This document shows positions 32,312 to 44,486 of a stretch of 64,000 nucleotides of DNA, piece by piece. The DNA comes from Naegleria gruberi (taxonomy: Eukaryota). Location of the stretch: NCBI GenBank assembly GCA_000004985.1, contig GG738925.1. One strand, 5' to 3'. The notes below the pieces were generated by a model. The model was not told where the DNA came from and did not search any database. It saw nothing but the letters and a program-made list of their open reading frames with translations. Within the stretch, counting starts at the first letter, position 1. Each line of letters begins with the position of its first letter. The translations under genes were made by a program, and so were the position numbers.

Positions 32312-33589
32312 TTACAAGTGTAAATCTGGGTTTTTGCTTAAGAAACTGTGATAGGTATTCTTCATCAGTGATGCAATAGTGACTGGTCCTACGCCTCCAG
32401 GAACTGAATATGAAATATATCAACAAATGCGTAAATAAAACTTACCTGGTGTAGCAGCACTTGCTCTCTTTTTGAGATTATCATCAAAGAGAACATCACC
32501 TACCAATCTGAATCCTCGTTCTTGTGTCTTGTCTTCAACTGGTGTCAATCCTACATCAATTACAATAGCTCCCTTTTTGATCCATTCAGGTTTAATGATT
32601 TCAGCACATCCACAACATACTACCAGAATGTCAGCCTTGGAAATCTTTTCTGGAATGTTTTGTGATTTGATGTGAAGCAGCTGTACAGAGGTCTGAAGTT
32701 GATTCAATAGTACCAAAGCTGTTGGAATACCAACAATATTCGAAGCTCCAACAACCACAGAATCTAACCCTTCCAAATTCATGTTCAATTTTTGGGCAGT
32801 TCTTCTAATCATTTCCATTATTCCAAGTGGTGTGCAAGGAACAAAATTGATACCATCAACTAATTTTCTTCCCTTCATTGAAATTAATCCAAAACTAAAT
32901 TGTGTCAAACCATCTACATCTTTAGCTGGAGAAATACTTTCCAAAATCTTTTCCTCATTCAAATGTGATGGAAGTGGTAATTGCACAAGTATTCCGTGCA
33001 CTCTATCATCAGCATTGTACTGTTGAATAGTTTTAATCACATCCTCATCAGTAACTGATTGATCATCTTCAAAATGTGTTTTAAAACTTTCAATTCCCAG
33101 CTCGGCACACGCTTCCTGCTTTCTCTGTACATAGGTCAATGAATCCTTTCTCGATCCCACCATAACCACGGCCAATCCTGGTCTTCTCACTTGTCCACCT
33201 TTTTGTTTTTCAACAATTCTTTCAATATCTCTTTTAATTTCCTCTTTAATTTCCGCAGCAATTTCCAATCCATTAATTAATACAAATTTATGAGGCTGAT
33301 TTTCTTCATCCATAACAATACTTTCCTCAAGTCCTCTCTCGCTATATCGTTGGTGACGTTCTTCGTGATGATGATTCATCAAACTGTGCGAATATTCGGC
33401 ACTCATTTTTCTTATTGTTGAGGAAATTAATTCCAAAGCCTTGCTCGAGTTGATGTAATTGATGCTATTAATATTATTATTTGATGAGGTTGTTTTGAAG
33501 GATGAGGATGACAGACCCGACATTTTCATGAAAGAAAAAGTGCGGAATAAGCTTTTTCTTTGTATTAATCTTTGCATTTTTTTTATCAT
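32312..33589 (-). CDS. bifunctional methylenetetrahydrofolate dehydrogenase / methenyl-THF cyclohydrolase (FolD/MTHFD family), probable mitochondrial form; 2 exons
   Basis: Family motifs LVQLPLPSHLNEEKILESISPAKDVDGL, GRKLVDGINFVPCTPLGIMEMIRR and VVVGASNIVGIPTALVLL. N-terminal presequence-like extension. The main exon ends ...SAATPG followed by a GTAAGT donor (about 32445). A 42-nt intron runs to attcAG (about 32404). The last exon encodes the conserved VPGGVGPVTIASLMKNT tail, with the stop near 32312. Confidence 0.85.
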
Positions 33590-33855
33590 GTGAATAAGTA
33601 TCTAAGTATTTAATTATTTATTCTTGTACTATTATTATTTAATATGAAATTTGGATGTCTCCGAGTTGATGAAGAATGAATAACCACTAAAGATTAAAAT
33701 TGTTTCATTGTTTATTAAGTTAATTTCCAAAGTAAAATAACAACTACCTTAACCTTACATGAAGATGAGGACCATCTCTAATTGAGAACTTCAGAGAGAC
33801 ATTGAAGAAGGATCCTGAACTAGAACCTTTGTTTTGTAACACAACAACATAAAAA

Positions 33856-35904
33856 ATGAATGGAAATGGTCTTGGTGGCAGGGGTTTCTCTCAGAAAAAA
33901 CGAAAGTTTTTGGATCATTATTCATCAAACTTTATTAAACCGAGTAAATATTTAATTCTCTCTCAAGAAAATCTTTGCTCTGATAAACAGCAGGATGACA
34001 AAAATTCACACTTTCGAGAAACAAGAATTATTCCAGAGAGAAATAATTACAATATTCATTCCCATAGCCAAATAGTTGATGATTGTTGGCAGATTATTTT
34101 TGATTTTGTGGAAAAGATTGAAGATAGGAAGAGTATGATTCTTGTGTGTAAACATTGGGCCAACATGTTTATGCAACCATTTATTGGATATTGTTATGAG
34201 ATTTATGATGAAAATAGACATTTGAATGGATTGACAGAATATGTCGAAGAGAATGGAGAAGATGGATTTGTTTGTGAGGGAGGAATGTTTTTTACTGAAA
34301 TGGCAACTTGGAAGGAACCTCTTTGCTATGATAGTCTGGAAGAGGAGGAATACTCTGGATTTAATTGGGATAGAATTCCAGAAAATCAAGTGGAATTTGA
34401 AGGATCTTCTTATAGACAACGAATTCTTCCATTTGGGGTTCCTCTATGTAAGGAAACAATATCAGATCAATATGAATTGGTTTCTAGTGAAATTGATTCA
34501 AGTACTTATAGGAATATGGTAGAAAAATTTATGGGAATTCCAAAATCTGAACAGGGAGCATTATCTCTAAAACCTTTCGAATTGTACGAACAAATTGAAC
34601 ATGAAAAACAAATGGTTTACTCATACATTCATGAAATTCAAAAATCCCTAGATTTTGATGCTGGCAATGCAATTTATGCAGAAGGTAAGGTGATGTATAA
34701 TGATGATGATTTTTATGATTCTTCACAGAATGATCCAGAGTTTATATTTTACGCACTTCGATCTGGAATTCAAAGATTGGCCAGAAAAGCAGGTGTCAAA
34801 TACTTTGAACCTGCTGTGATTGAGGATTATCTTTATGAATTGAAGAGGGTAATTCATTTGGTGCTTGAGAATGCATACGAGAGAAAGTTTTCAAGAAAGA
34901 CTGCGAATTTGGTATTTGAGGAGTCATCTGAACAATATGAACAGTGTTATATCGATCCATGTGATGCCTATCTGCCAACATGTGATGACAATCTTGATAC
35001 AGATCTAAAATTGGATCATACGGAAATATTGGAATCATTTGAGAGAATTACTGGAATGAAAATGTTTTATCAACCAATCAAAGATCCTTATAACTTGAAC
35101 GATACAGATCTCAAGCAATACTTTGCATTAGAGAATGGTACTGAAACAGTTTCTGAATTGCAACCAAAAGAAGAGTTTAAATTTAAAGAGCCAACCATTT
35201 TCAGCAATGAATCTATCCCCGATATTCTGAATGAATCTCAAATAGATGAAGATCTCACTTCAGAGGAGAGTGAAGATGATTCAACTTTACAAACAATTGC
35301 AAATGACAACTTTATAGATGACAGCGAACTATACCATGTCGATTTGGATAATTTAGGAGATTCCCTTCAAGATCAATTACTGAAAGTGTCAATTCGTGTC
35401 CATGAAGAAGTCTACGGAAAGGAAAGAGCTCACAAAGAAAAGCTCTATCTCAAAAATTGGTACGGCTGTAGTGAATTGTTTTACGAGAATTGTTCCAAGG
35501 AATTGGATAATCCACCTTCCATGCAATTCACCCCAATTGAAGAAGATGCAATTTCTGAATCAAATGAAGATGGTATTGATGAAGAGGAAGAGGAAGAGAA
35601 ACGAACACGAGGAATACAAACTAAATTTTCTTCATTGGATTTTGAAGAGGAATCTGAAGTTTCTATTGATGGAGAGTTTGATGTTAAAGAACAAGATACT
35701 ATTGAAAGAGTTAATGAGGAAGATTTGGAATATTTTGGCTATGCTCTCTATGAAGATGATTTCGATGAATTTCCAATATTCAGTGACCAAGATGATTCAG
35801 AAGAAACTTTGGAACAGTCCTCTGAGGAGGAATCTCTTCGATATCATTTAAGAAGAATGCTAAGGGAACAATCTTATGAATGCATTGTTAATTATAACCA
35901 ATGA
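33856..35904 (+). CDS. F-box-like domain protein with long acidic C-terminal region
   Basis: F-box-like segment DDCWQIIFDFVEKIEDRKSMILVCKHWANMF near residue 75. The remainder is Asp/Glu-rich. Single 682-codon ORF. Confidence 0.5.
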   Translation: MNGNGLGGRGFSQKKRKFLDHYSSNFIKPSKYLILSQENLCSDKQQDDKNSHFRETRIIPERNNYNIHSHSQIVDDCWQIIFDFVEKIEDRKSMILVCKHWANMFMQPFIGYCYEIYDENRHLNGLTEYVEENGEDGFVCEGGMFFTEMATWKEPLCYDSLEEEEYSGFNWDRIPENQVEFEGSSYRQRILPFGVPLCKETISDQYELVSSEIDSSTYRNMVEKFMGIPKSEQGALSLKPFELYEQIEHEKQMVYSYIHEIQKSLDFDAGNAIYAEGKVMYNDDDFYDSSQNDPEFIFYALRSGIQRLARKAGVKYFEPAVIEDYLYELKRVIHLVLENAYERKFSRKTANLVFEESSEQYEQCYIDPCDAYLPTCDDNLDTDLKLDHTEILESFERITGMKMFYQPIKDPYNLNDTDLKQYFALENGTETVSELQPKEEFKFKEPTIFSNESIPDILNESQIDEDLTSEESEDDSTLQTIANDNFIDDSELYHVDLDNLGDSLQDQLLKVSIRVHEEVYGKERAHKEKLYLKNWYGCSELFYENCSKELDNPPSMQFTPIEEDAISESNEDGIDEEEEEEKRTRGIQTKFSSLDFEEESEVSIDGEFDVKEQDTIERVNEEDLEYFGYALYEDDFDEFPIFSDQDDSEETLEQSSEEESLRYHLRRMLREQSYECIVNYNQ

Positions 35905-36089
35905 TTCCGTTTCAGATCTGAAATTTGATTAATCTCCATATTTAAAACTGGAGCACAAATTTAGCAACTTTTTAGCTCCAAACCAATAAATCACTTCTCA
36001 CAACACTTTACAAGTGCACTCTGGAATACAACACTGTTCACTAACACCATTCATCAGGTTCATCAACAAAAAAAAACAAGGCTAAAACA

Positions 36090-37508
36090 ATGACCCTTAC
36101 TACCACTTCATGTCTCTACATTGATTCCGAAGGGAATTGGGTAGATAATAATCATCCAAAGAGAACAGCTCCCAAGGTTGGAGATTACATCACTCACAGA
36201 GTTAGACTTTCGTTTTTCGATCTCTGCTTGTACTATGCAAATATTGTTGATTATTTGCGAATTGTGATGGTTGTGGTGGCATTGATAGCACTCATTGTGA
36301 ATGATGAGATGAATTTGGGATGTAATTGGTCTTCGATTAGTATTTCTGTTTTGGTATTTGGAAGTGTTTTATTGGATTGGGTGGATGGTCCATTGGCAAG
36401 AAATTTTGGTCAATCTTCAGTGATGGGATGTGGATGGGATTGGTTGGCTGATATTCTTACTCAATTGTGTTTGGCTATTTGGTGTATGTCATTAAGTAGT
36501 GATTACAAGATTTTCAAGTTGTTTACCGTCTTATTGACAGCTGTTGAGATTAGTACAGGAATTTTCGATTTTGCTGTGAGTGCACAAGGAGTTTATCCAT
36601 CAATGCACAATACTGAGAACCTACCTTGGTATGCTATTGTTGAGCATTGGCTTACTCCTAATCATAGCTATAACAATTTGGGAATTATTTGTTGGTTGGT
36701 GAATACCTTGTATCCAATTACTGTATTTTTGCAACTTCCTTCCATTGTTTCTAATTCCCTAATTCCTTTTGCAATTCTCTATGCTTGGCATGAATGTACA
36801 CAATGTGTTTTTATTGTGGTTAATTGGAAGGAAACTGCAGTAACACTTCATCAAGAAGGAATCGAACATGTTAGAAAGTGTAATGATACTGAAATTGAAA
36901 TGCTGAAAACAGCTCACGAAGCAACCCTTAATACTCCAGTGGAACTTGATGACGAAGCTACAAAAATTAATGAAATCACATGGGTGAACTTGTACAATAA
37001 TGGGAAAATTTCACCAGTATTCGAAAATCATCCACTGCAAAAGGAATTCCACGATTGGGTTAAGAGTTTGGTTAAATCAAATTGGTTAGACGAACAGGAT
37101 CGTATTATTCTCTCATATGGCTTCATCACTGCACCAAAGAATGGAAATGTCACTCAAGATTGGCACTTTGATTATGGTGAAAATGTCAGCAATTTATTCA
37201 TTCCTCTCTGTGATGTGACAGAAAAGAATGGAACTCAATTTATTCGTGGACCTCTCAGACAAGATATGCCACCAGGTGAATATTTCCCTAGACCATTTGA
37301 AATTATGACTGAAGAAAAGTCAGAATGTCTACAAGTTTGTCAAGTGGTTTGTAAGGCATTTAATTTATTGAAATTGCACCCAGGTGTATGCCATAGAGGA
37401 ATAGCTAATGGCGAAAATTATGACCGAGTAATGTTCTTCTTGAGCACTAATCCAACTCCTTTAGATATTGGAGAAGAAGGATATTTGAATAAGGCAACCT
37501 ATGATTAA
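36090..37508 (+). CDS. CDP-alcohol phosphatidyltransferase family protein (phosphatidylinositol-synthase-like N-terminal domain) with long C-terminal extension
   Basis: LDWVDGPLARNFGQSSVMGCGWDWLADIL fits the CDP-OH phosphotransferase motif D-G-x2-A-R-x8-G-x3-D-x3-D. Several predicted TM helices sit in the first roughly 230 aa. The C-terminal roughly 240 aa are soluble and of unknown function. Confidence 0.65.
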   Translation: MTLTTTSCLYIDSEGNWVDNNHPKRTAPKVGDYITHRVRLSFFDLCLYYANIVDYLRIVMVVVALIALIVNDEMNLGCNWSSISISVLVFGSVLLDWVDGPLARNFGQSSVMGCGWDWLADILTQLCLAIWCMSLSSDYKIFKLFTVLLTAVEISTGIFDFAVSAQGVYPSMHNTENLPWYAIVEHWLTPNHSYNNLGIICWLVNTLYPITVFLQLPSIVSNSLIPFAILYAWHECTQCVFIVVNWKETAVTLHQEGIEHVRKCNDTEIEMLKTAHEATLNTPVELDDEATKINEITWVNLYNNGKISPVFENHPLQKEFHDWVKSLVKSNWLDEQDRIILSYGFITAPKNGNVTQDWHFDYGENVSNLFIPLCDVTEKNGTQFIRGPLRQDMPPGEYFPRPFEIMTEEKSECLQVCQVVCKAFNLLKLHPGVCHRGIANGENYDRVMFFLSTNPTPLDIGEEGYLNKATYD

Positions 37509-37608
37509 ACCAAAATAAATATTATAATTGGAAATAACAAATGGAACGTTGCTTTTAATTAAAATTGCCAAACCCCATTTTATCAAAATTTCATGGCTCG
37601 CCACGTTA

Positions 37609-37679
37609 CCGTCTCGGGAGGAATCGAACCTCCGTCAATGGATTCAAAGTCCACTATGCTACCATTACACCACGAGACG
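37609..37679 (-). tRNA. tRNA-Gln (anticodon UUG)
   Basis: The minus strand reads CGTCTCG-TG-GTGTAATGGTAGCAT-AGTGGA-CTTTGAA-TCCAT-TGAC-GGAGGTTCGATTCCTCC-CGAGACG-G. This gives a 7-bp acceptor stem, a D-loop (GGTGTAATGG) closely matching eukaryotic tRNA-Gln, an anticodon loop CU-UUG-AA, and a T-arm GGTTCGATTCC. Confidence 0.8.
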
Positions 37680-39220
37680 AGCACATTCATGAAAAATGAT
37701 AAATACATAGATTAAGTATAATTAGATTTAAGGTTTTTAACTAACTATCATTAACACTAAGCAATATTACTAGCTTCTTTCCCAACACAAAATGTCAGCA
37801 AACTCGGTAGACCCCTTGGAAAAACAACACATGTAGAACAAGAACAACCCAGTAAAGAACCCAAATTAGATACAACAACAATAGACTCTTTCACGTGGGT
37901 AATGGGAAGTGATTCTTCAGAATTGTTCGATCATTTCGACGCAATAGAAAACGAGTTAATGCATTTGAACTCTTTTTCTTCTGATATTGTTGTAGTTCCC
38001 TATCAATTCTATTTCTTGGAAAGAATGTTTGATATTTCAACAATTCTACCCTAGATCAAACTCTAAATCATTTTTGGCTCTGCTTATATCTAACTTGTGG
38101 TTTCTACTGACAATATAATCAATGTTTTTCCAAAGCAAGCTCTAGTTGTATCATTTGGACTGTGTGTATTAGAAGCTTGAATTTTTTGTAACCTGTAAAT
38201 TCGAGTAATATCAACACCTCCAGTTTCTCCTGCTCCAACGTGGAATGCTCTAAATTTAATCATTCATTCCTTTTATATCAAGAATAGTAACTCTCTTCTT
38301 TTGACACCAATGGGAAAGAAGAGCCAAAATGTTGTCTAAACGAGTCTCTTTTGTCAATAGCGTTGCCTTACTCAACAAATCATAAACAATTCGGAAAATA
38401 ATAATAGTATCTAATGGAGAGATAGGTGCCCTTACATTTAGAATGATTCTTGACCTGCTTAACCCAAAAGTTGACTGTACAATTCTTAATGATTGAAATT
38501 CCTTGAGTACCCAAATCAATATTGTGGAGAGTTTAATAGATTTTATTAAGATCAGATTGATAAAATATTATGATCTTAAAGATTATCAGGAATGGTTGCA
38601 TCATTAACCTTTAGACCTAAATCAAAATTAGCAAGAAATTCATAAAAATTAACATTGTTAGCAATAATCAGATGCAAATTTTAGTTATCTTTACAAATTC
38701 CCAATACCTACTAGAATCGGTAAACCAATTTTTATAATATTTATTTTAAAAAAAAATGAAAAGAGCAAGTTCTTCTTCGGAGCAAGCTTCATCATCACAA
38801 TTAAATCAATATCGGATAGGTTATATTACAGAATTACTTATGGATATTCATCATCAATACAAAGATTCCGATACGCATGGAAAAAAGACAATCATCAATA
38901 CATTTATTAATCCCTTTCGGCAGGAAGAGTTGCAGGAAATATGTAAAGGATTTATGAGCGATATTGCTACATTGAAGAAAATTAGTGATGGAAATAGTAC
39001 ATCAAGTAAAATTGTTGATCCTCCACAAAATAAGAAGGCAAAAAATTAAATTCTCCAAAGGATGATAACCTTGTATTTAATTTAATTAGGATTTGGTATA
39101 AGAGAGACCAGACCATATTTGTAATTTGATTTGATTGGAAATCCGAAAATCTGACATATCTCTACAGAATATTTATATGGAAATATTGCAATAAACAACA
39201 CGTTGCAAATATTCTAATAT

Positions 39221-41622
39221 TTACAAGACGGAATCATTTATTAGAGATACTTTCAATGAGTCATGATGCTCAAATCTATAAATTGAACAGAATTGGTCAT
39301 CAATTTCAACAAAATTATTTTCATCCTTTTTTAGCATGATATTTCCAATCGACATTTCATCTCCAAGTTGGAGCACATTACTTTCCTCTTCTCTATTCTT
39401 TTGCAATCTTTTTTGAATGACATCTTTCAATTGATTCAATCCAATACTTTTTGGAATGGAAAGTCTAGTAGTTGGTGATTGCGTGCCAGTTGTTGTTACA
39501 AATGTCAAGAATACATTCACGGTTGGCTCTATGAATAATTCCTTCAAAATGTTTTTATCCTCTTCCTTAACTTGTTCAAATGTAGCAACAAGCGCTGTAT
39601 TATTCTCGTAATCTGATTTTTCCAAAGTTTCTGTTTCCATTTTAACTTCAAATTTTGGAATAATTTCATTTTCCTCTTTTTTCACAATAGGAGGTGGAAC
39701 ATTCATGTTAGGAAGAGACGTTTTTGCATCCTCTCTACTAGTACTGGTTACCATTGGTGGTGAATATGCTTGAGGAATACCAGATGCTACATGTACATTT
39801 CCAGGCAATGCTGGACCTGTTGCCACAATGGATGCCACACGAATTGGGGAAGGATTTGGAGAGTTTTGCAAATGTTCTTGAGTGTAAATCCTAGGTGAAT
39901 GTATCACATCTTCTCTGCCTGATGAACTAGTTCTATGTACATTACTACCATTACTGCTGTTGCTGTATGGATGATATCTGTGTGAAGAAAGTGGAGGTGC
40001 ACCATTTTCAACTCTTGCTGCGTTTTCATGCTTATTTTGACCATTGTTGAATGCATGCAATGGACTATTAGAATAATTTCTATTAACATTATTTGAAGTA
40101 TTATTTACAGTCTGCATTGCATTATTGGAAGGATTTGATCCAATCGCATAGGATGGAGGTGCAGTTCCCATCATTTCCATAATGGATGGAACAGATGTAT
40201 TAGTACCAGTGCCATTTCTAGGAGATTTTGGAGAAGTGGTTGCATGGGGATGTTGCATTGGTGAAGATCTCACAAATGGGTCATGCAAAGATGGTTGCAC
40301 CATACCTCCCCTGCTAGCAGCTCCTACATTATTACTCCCTCCACTACTTGTACTATTCGGTCCATTTAAATATTGAGAATTTTCATTGGATGCATATGGA
40401 TGGTAGTGATGAGATTTTCTATATGAAGATGATGAAGAATTTACATGTGTTGGTGATACAGGAGGTGAACGAGAATGACTTTGATAATGAGGAGGTGGTG
40501 GAGGTGCATTATGATGTGGAGAATAAGATGATGAATAATGTGCATGCATTGATGATCCATCATGTACAACATATGTATAATGTGGTGATGGTGGAGGAGG
40601 AGGTTGACTTTGCATGTCGTTATGATAGTACTTTACTCTGCCACTACTACCATTACTGTATTCTGCTTCATACTGTTTAGCATGATGCATGTCGACATGA
40701 TGATGATGTGAATGAACATGCATTCTAGATCCATCATGGTGATGGATGTTTCCTGCAGATGATGAAGGATAACCATGATGATGAGATGCATATTGTGCAT
40801 GATGCATGGTGCTGATAGTATTAGTATTACTAGTAGGATTAGTATTGAGTGATGGCAACACCCGAGATGCATGCGACACATGTGTATCACCAACACTACC
40901 TAGATGTCCATGAGGTGAAGGTGGAAGAGGTTGAGAAAGTGGACTATTCTCTTGTGTTGTTGTTGTTGCTCCCTTAGTTGTTGTTACATTATTCTTCCTT
41001 TTAACCTTGTTGATAGATAAACCAGTGACCTGAACATGTTCACATGTAATGAAAATGAAAATAATGAGAGATAGCAAGTTGACATGCAATTAATTTGATG
41101 TGCATTGTTGGAATACTTTTTTAGCAATTAAAACTTACATATTTGTATTTCTATTTAAAATCATGATTAGTTTTTGATATTAAAATTAAAAACTTACCTT
41201 TGCATAACAATTCTTACAAACACCATCTCCAATTCTAATTTCTGGTACATGTCTAAAGCATCCCTTATACTGTTCAATATTTGATTCGTTGATTGTATAG
41301 CTGATGTACTTATTTCCTGTTCACAATGTTCATTAGATCAGTGACACATGTCAAAGTATTAAAAGAGGTGATCCTGTCAGAAAATTAAGCGCTGTAAAAA
41401 CTTACCCGTGTCAGCTTTACCACAAATGATGCATGACTTGTGTTCTACCTGCTTGGCTTGAGTTTTTGCCATATGGTTCTTCATGGGATTTCTTTCTTGT
41501 GGTGTTGAATAAATATTCTGTTCCATAGTATTTTGTTGTGTTTCCATTGTGGGCCTTGAGATGGTATCAACCTCATTCAAATGTCTATGATACGAAGGAA
41601 CTGGACGAGTGGAGTTGGACAA
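39221..41622 (-). CDS. His/Pro/Ser-rich low-complexity protein with N-terminal Cys4 zinc-binding-like motif; at least 3 exons, 5' end lost in assembly gap
   Basis: Large exon 39221 to about 41029 (622-aa track ORF). It is rich in poly-His tracts (HVHSHHHHVDMHH, HHHGYPSS), PPPPP runs and Asn/Ser runs. The upstream exon about 41198..41316 and the exon about 41396..41622 are joined by GTAAGT...CAG introns. Together they encode ...CIICGKADTG-NKYISYTINESNIEQYKGCFRHVPEIRIGDGVCKNCYAK-VTGLSINKVKRK. The gene runs into the N-gap at 41655. Confidence 0.5.
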
Positions 41623-41654
41623 AGTATTAGGATAGGAAGCAACACTGAATGATG

Positions 41655-41900
41655 NNNNNNNNNNNNNNNNNNNNNNNNNNNNNNNNNNNNNNNNNNNNNN
41701 NNNNNNNNNNNNNNNNNNNNNNNNNNNNNNNNNNNNNNNNNNNNNNNNNNNNNNNNNNNNNNNNNNNNNNNNNNNNNNNNNNNNNNNNNNNNNNNNNNNN
41801 NNNNNNNNNNNNNNNNNNNNNNNNNNNNNNNNNNNNNNNNNNNNNNNNNNNNNNNNNNNNNNNNNNNNNNNNNNNNNNNNNNNNNNNNNNNNNNNNNNNN
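41655..41900. other. assembly gap (run of N)
   Basis: About 246 consecutive n characters. Track ORF 41649..42023 (poly-X) is an artefact of this gap. Confidence 1.
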
Positions 41901-42000
41901 AAATATGGAATTAATTCTGTAACTTTGACAGCTGTTGGAACAGCTGCATTAATTTATGAAAAGAAATTTGGTTTTGTTGAATGTGGAAGAGTAGTTTATA

Positions 42001-44486
42001 TCAATAGACATGAGCAGTTATAATTTCCAAAGCTTCCTTTGAGGATACTCTCTCTTCTGGGAGAAATTTGAGTGTTCCCTTCAAGAGAGTTTCCAGTTTT
42101 GCCATGGATGGCTTTCCAACTTTATCTGAATATATTCTCTCAATTTCACACTGAATGCATGCAAGTGTTTTTTCCTCTCCTTTTTGTATCATTTCCAAGA
42201 AGATATTCTTCCTCTCATTTCTTGTTAATAATTGATAGAGAACAATACCAGCGGACCATACATCGGCTTTTAGTCCATATCCTTGATTGAGTTGAAGCTC
42301 TGGGCTTTGGAATCCCATTGTTCCACTCACACTAAAAGCTCTACTTTCAACAATATGCTTGGAGAGACCAAAATCACCAACAAGAACATGCACTTTGGAG
42401 ATTTGATTTCTTTCATTCTTTTCAATGGAACCAATGAGAATATTTTGTGGTTTGATATCACGATGAATAACTTTTTTGGAGTGGAGCTCAACTAGAGCTG
42501 AGAATATTTGTTGCATGATTGAAATTATTGTTTTGAGTGGTAATATTGCAGCATCGGAAGTTCTAATGAGAGAGGACAAATCACCATATGGATAGTAGTG
42601 CATGACAATACACAGTACTGCACAGTCACTATTCGTATCGCTCTCCAAAGAAATTGGGTTGTAGTAATGTTGAAAGACATCTAAAACTTTAACAATATTT
42701 GGGTGATTGAACATAAGCATTTGGAGTGCCTCCTTCATAGCATCATTGAATGATTGATTAGAATTACTATGATCCATATCAACTGGGAGTAATTTGAGAG
42801 CTACTTGCTTTGTCTGTGAGGAAGATCCAAAATGATCTTCACACAAATAGACTGAGGAAAATCCACCACTTTGAATTTTTCTAAGAGGCAAGTATCTTTC
42901 ATTCCATAGTTGACTCTTTGGTTCTTGTGGAGAGGGAATAGATAAAGAAGATGCTGTATATGAAATATTGAAGGAGCTAAAACTCAATTTGGTGGAAGGA
43001 TTGGAAATTGGAGTAACTGGAGGAGAGTTGGTGGAAATTCTAATTTGATTAACATGTGGAGATTCCACAAGAAGGTCCAAATCATCCAACTCTATATAGT
43101 CATCACACTCTCTATCAAGGATTTCAATAAAGGAAATTCTTTGATTGCCCCTCAATATGGTTTCACACTTGTCCTTGATGAACTCTTCCACTGAATGAAT
43201 TGAAGGGAAAGGACTCTTTTGAGTGAGTTTCTTCTTTCTTGAACCGTGTTGAATCATCATGATATACCTGGGTTTATCATTCTTTTGAGAATTGTTTACA
43301 GTTGTTGTGGTCAAGTTTGGATTCACAGTATTTTCAACATGTTTCATTATCCAAGGATGATGAGTGAGATTCTTAATCAAAGATCGGGTGTAGGAATGAT
43401 TCTTGAAACACAGATTGAGGAAATCAATTACTGACTCTGAACATGACTCAGATTTAGGATAGTACTTTCTAATCATTTCTTCCATATTCTTTCCACTCGA
43501 TAACAGCTCAAATAAGGAATTCCAATCATAATCATAGAAGGGTCTTCTCTCAGTCATGAGCTCAATAACCAAACATCCAACACTCCAAATATCTGCCAAT
43601 GCTTGTTTTGTCCACTCACAACTCTTATTACATTTGAACAATGAAGGTGAGCTATAATTGATACATGGTTGATATTTAATATACTCATCTCTGGATAACA
43701 CAAATCCAATATCACACAATTTGATTTGTCCATTCCTGGATAACATGGTATTATTGGGAGTCAAATTCAGGTGTGCCATTTTGAGTTTCTGATGCATGAA
43801 CATAATACCCTGCAATACCTGATCAATATACTTGGCAATTACCTTCTCACTTGGTTTATATCCTTTCTGGGAGAGCATGGATAAGGAACCATTTTCTAGG
43901 AATTCCTCAACAACCACATAGAATTCCTCACCCTCCAAAATATTACCACTATCATTCATGATTGGAAGGGTGACACTGGCAAAGGTATGAGCCAGATATG
44001 GACTATATTCATTACTCAATTGTTTTGCTTTGAGGGTTTCAATTCGTTCTCTCAATTTTGGAACTACATCTTGATTGTAAACATGCTTGATTACTACAAA
44101 GTTTCCAGTTTGGATGTGATAGCCTTTGTAGATTTTATAGTACCAATTCTTTCCTAAACAATCAGATTCTCTATTTACTTGCTGTTCCTTCTTTGAGTAT
44201 TTTGAACTTTCTAACAACTTACATAGTTTCCAATATTTAACAAGGAATTTCCTGGATTGATTGCATGGCTTTCACTCGAAATACTACAACGTCTAAAGTT
44301 TTGATCATAGAATAGGAGAGGTCGTTTCCAATTCTCTTCCTCATCATCCACCAACAGATTATTTCCCAGCAATTGATTATTGTCATTAATTATTTGACAC
44401 GTAGCAGGTTCTAAATTTTCAGGATTTGCTGCTGCTTGTTCAAAACCTCGATCAGAGGAGTTTTTAGGAGAAGCAACTTGTTGCAT
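42001..44486 (-). CDS. tandem protein-kinase-domain protein: N-terminal degenerate (pseudo)kinase domain + C-terminal canonical Ser/Thr kinase domain; 2 exons
   Basis: Exon 1 runs about 44223..44486 (MQQVASPKNSS...NIGNY) and ends at a GTAAGT donor. A 41-nt intron runs to gaacAG (about 44182). Exon 2 is 42001..44181. Domain 1 has VVIK, the catalytic loop reads AHLNLTPNN (no catalytic Asp), and DIGF replaces DFG. Domain 2 has GGFSSVY, VALK, VIHRDIKPQNIL, VGDFGLSK and GTMGFQSPE, all canonical. Confidence 0.75.

Noticed and set aside
41649-42023. 124-aa ORF containing a long poly-X stretch
   Set aside because: It is translated straight across the run of N (41655-41900). It is an artefact of the assembly gap, not a gene.
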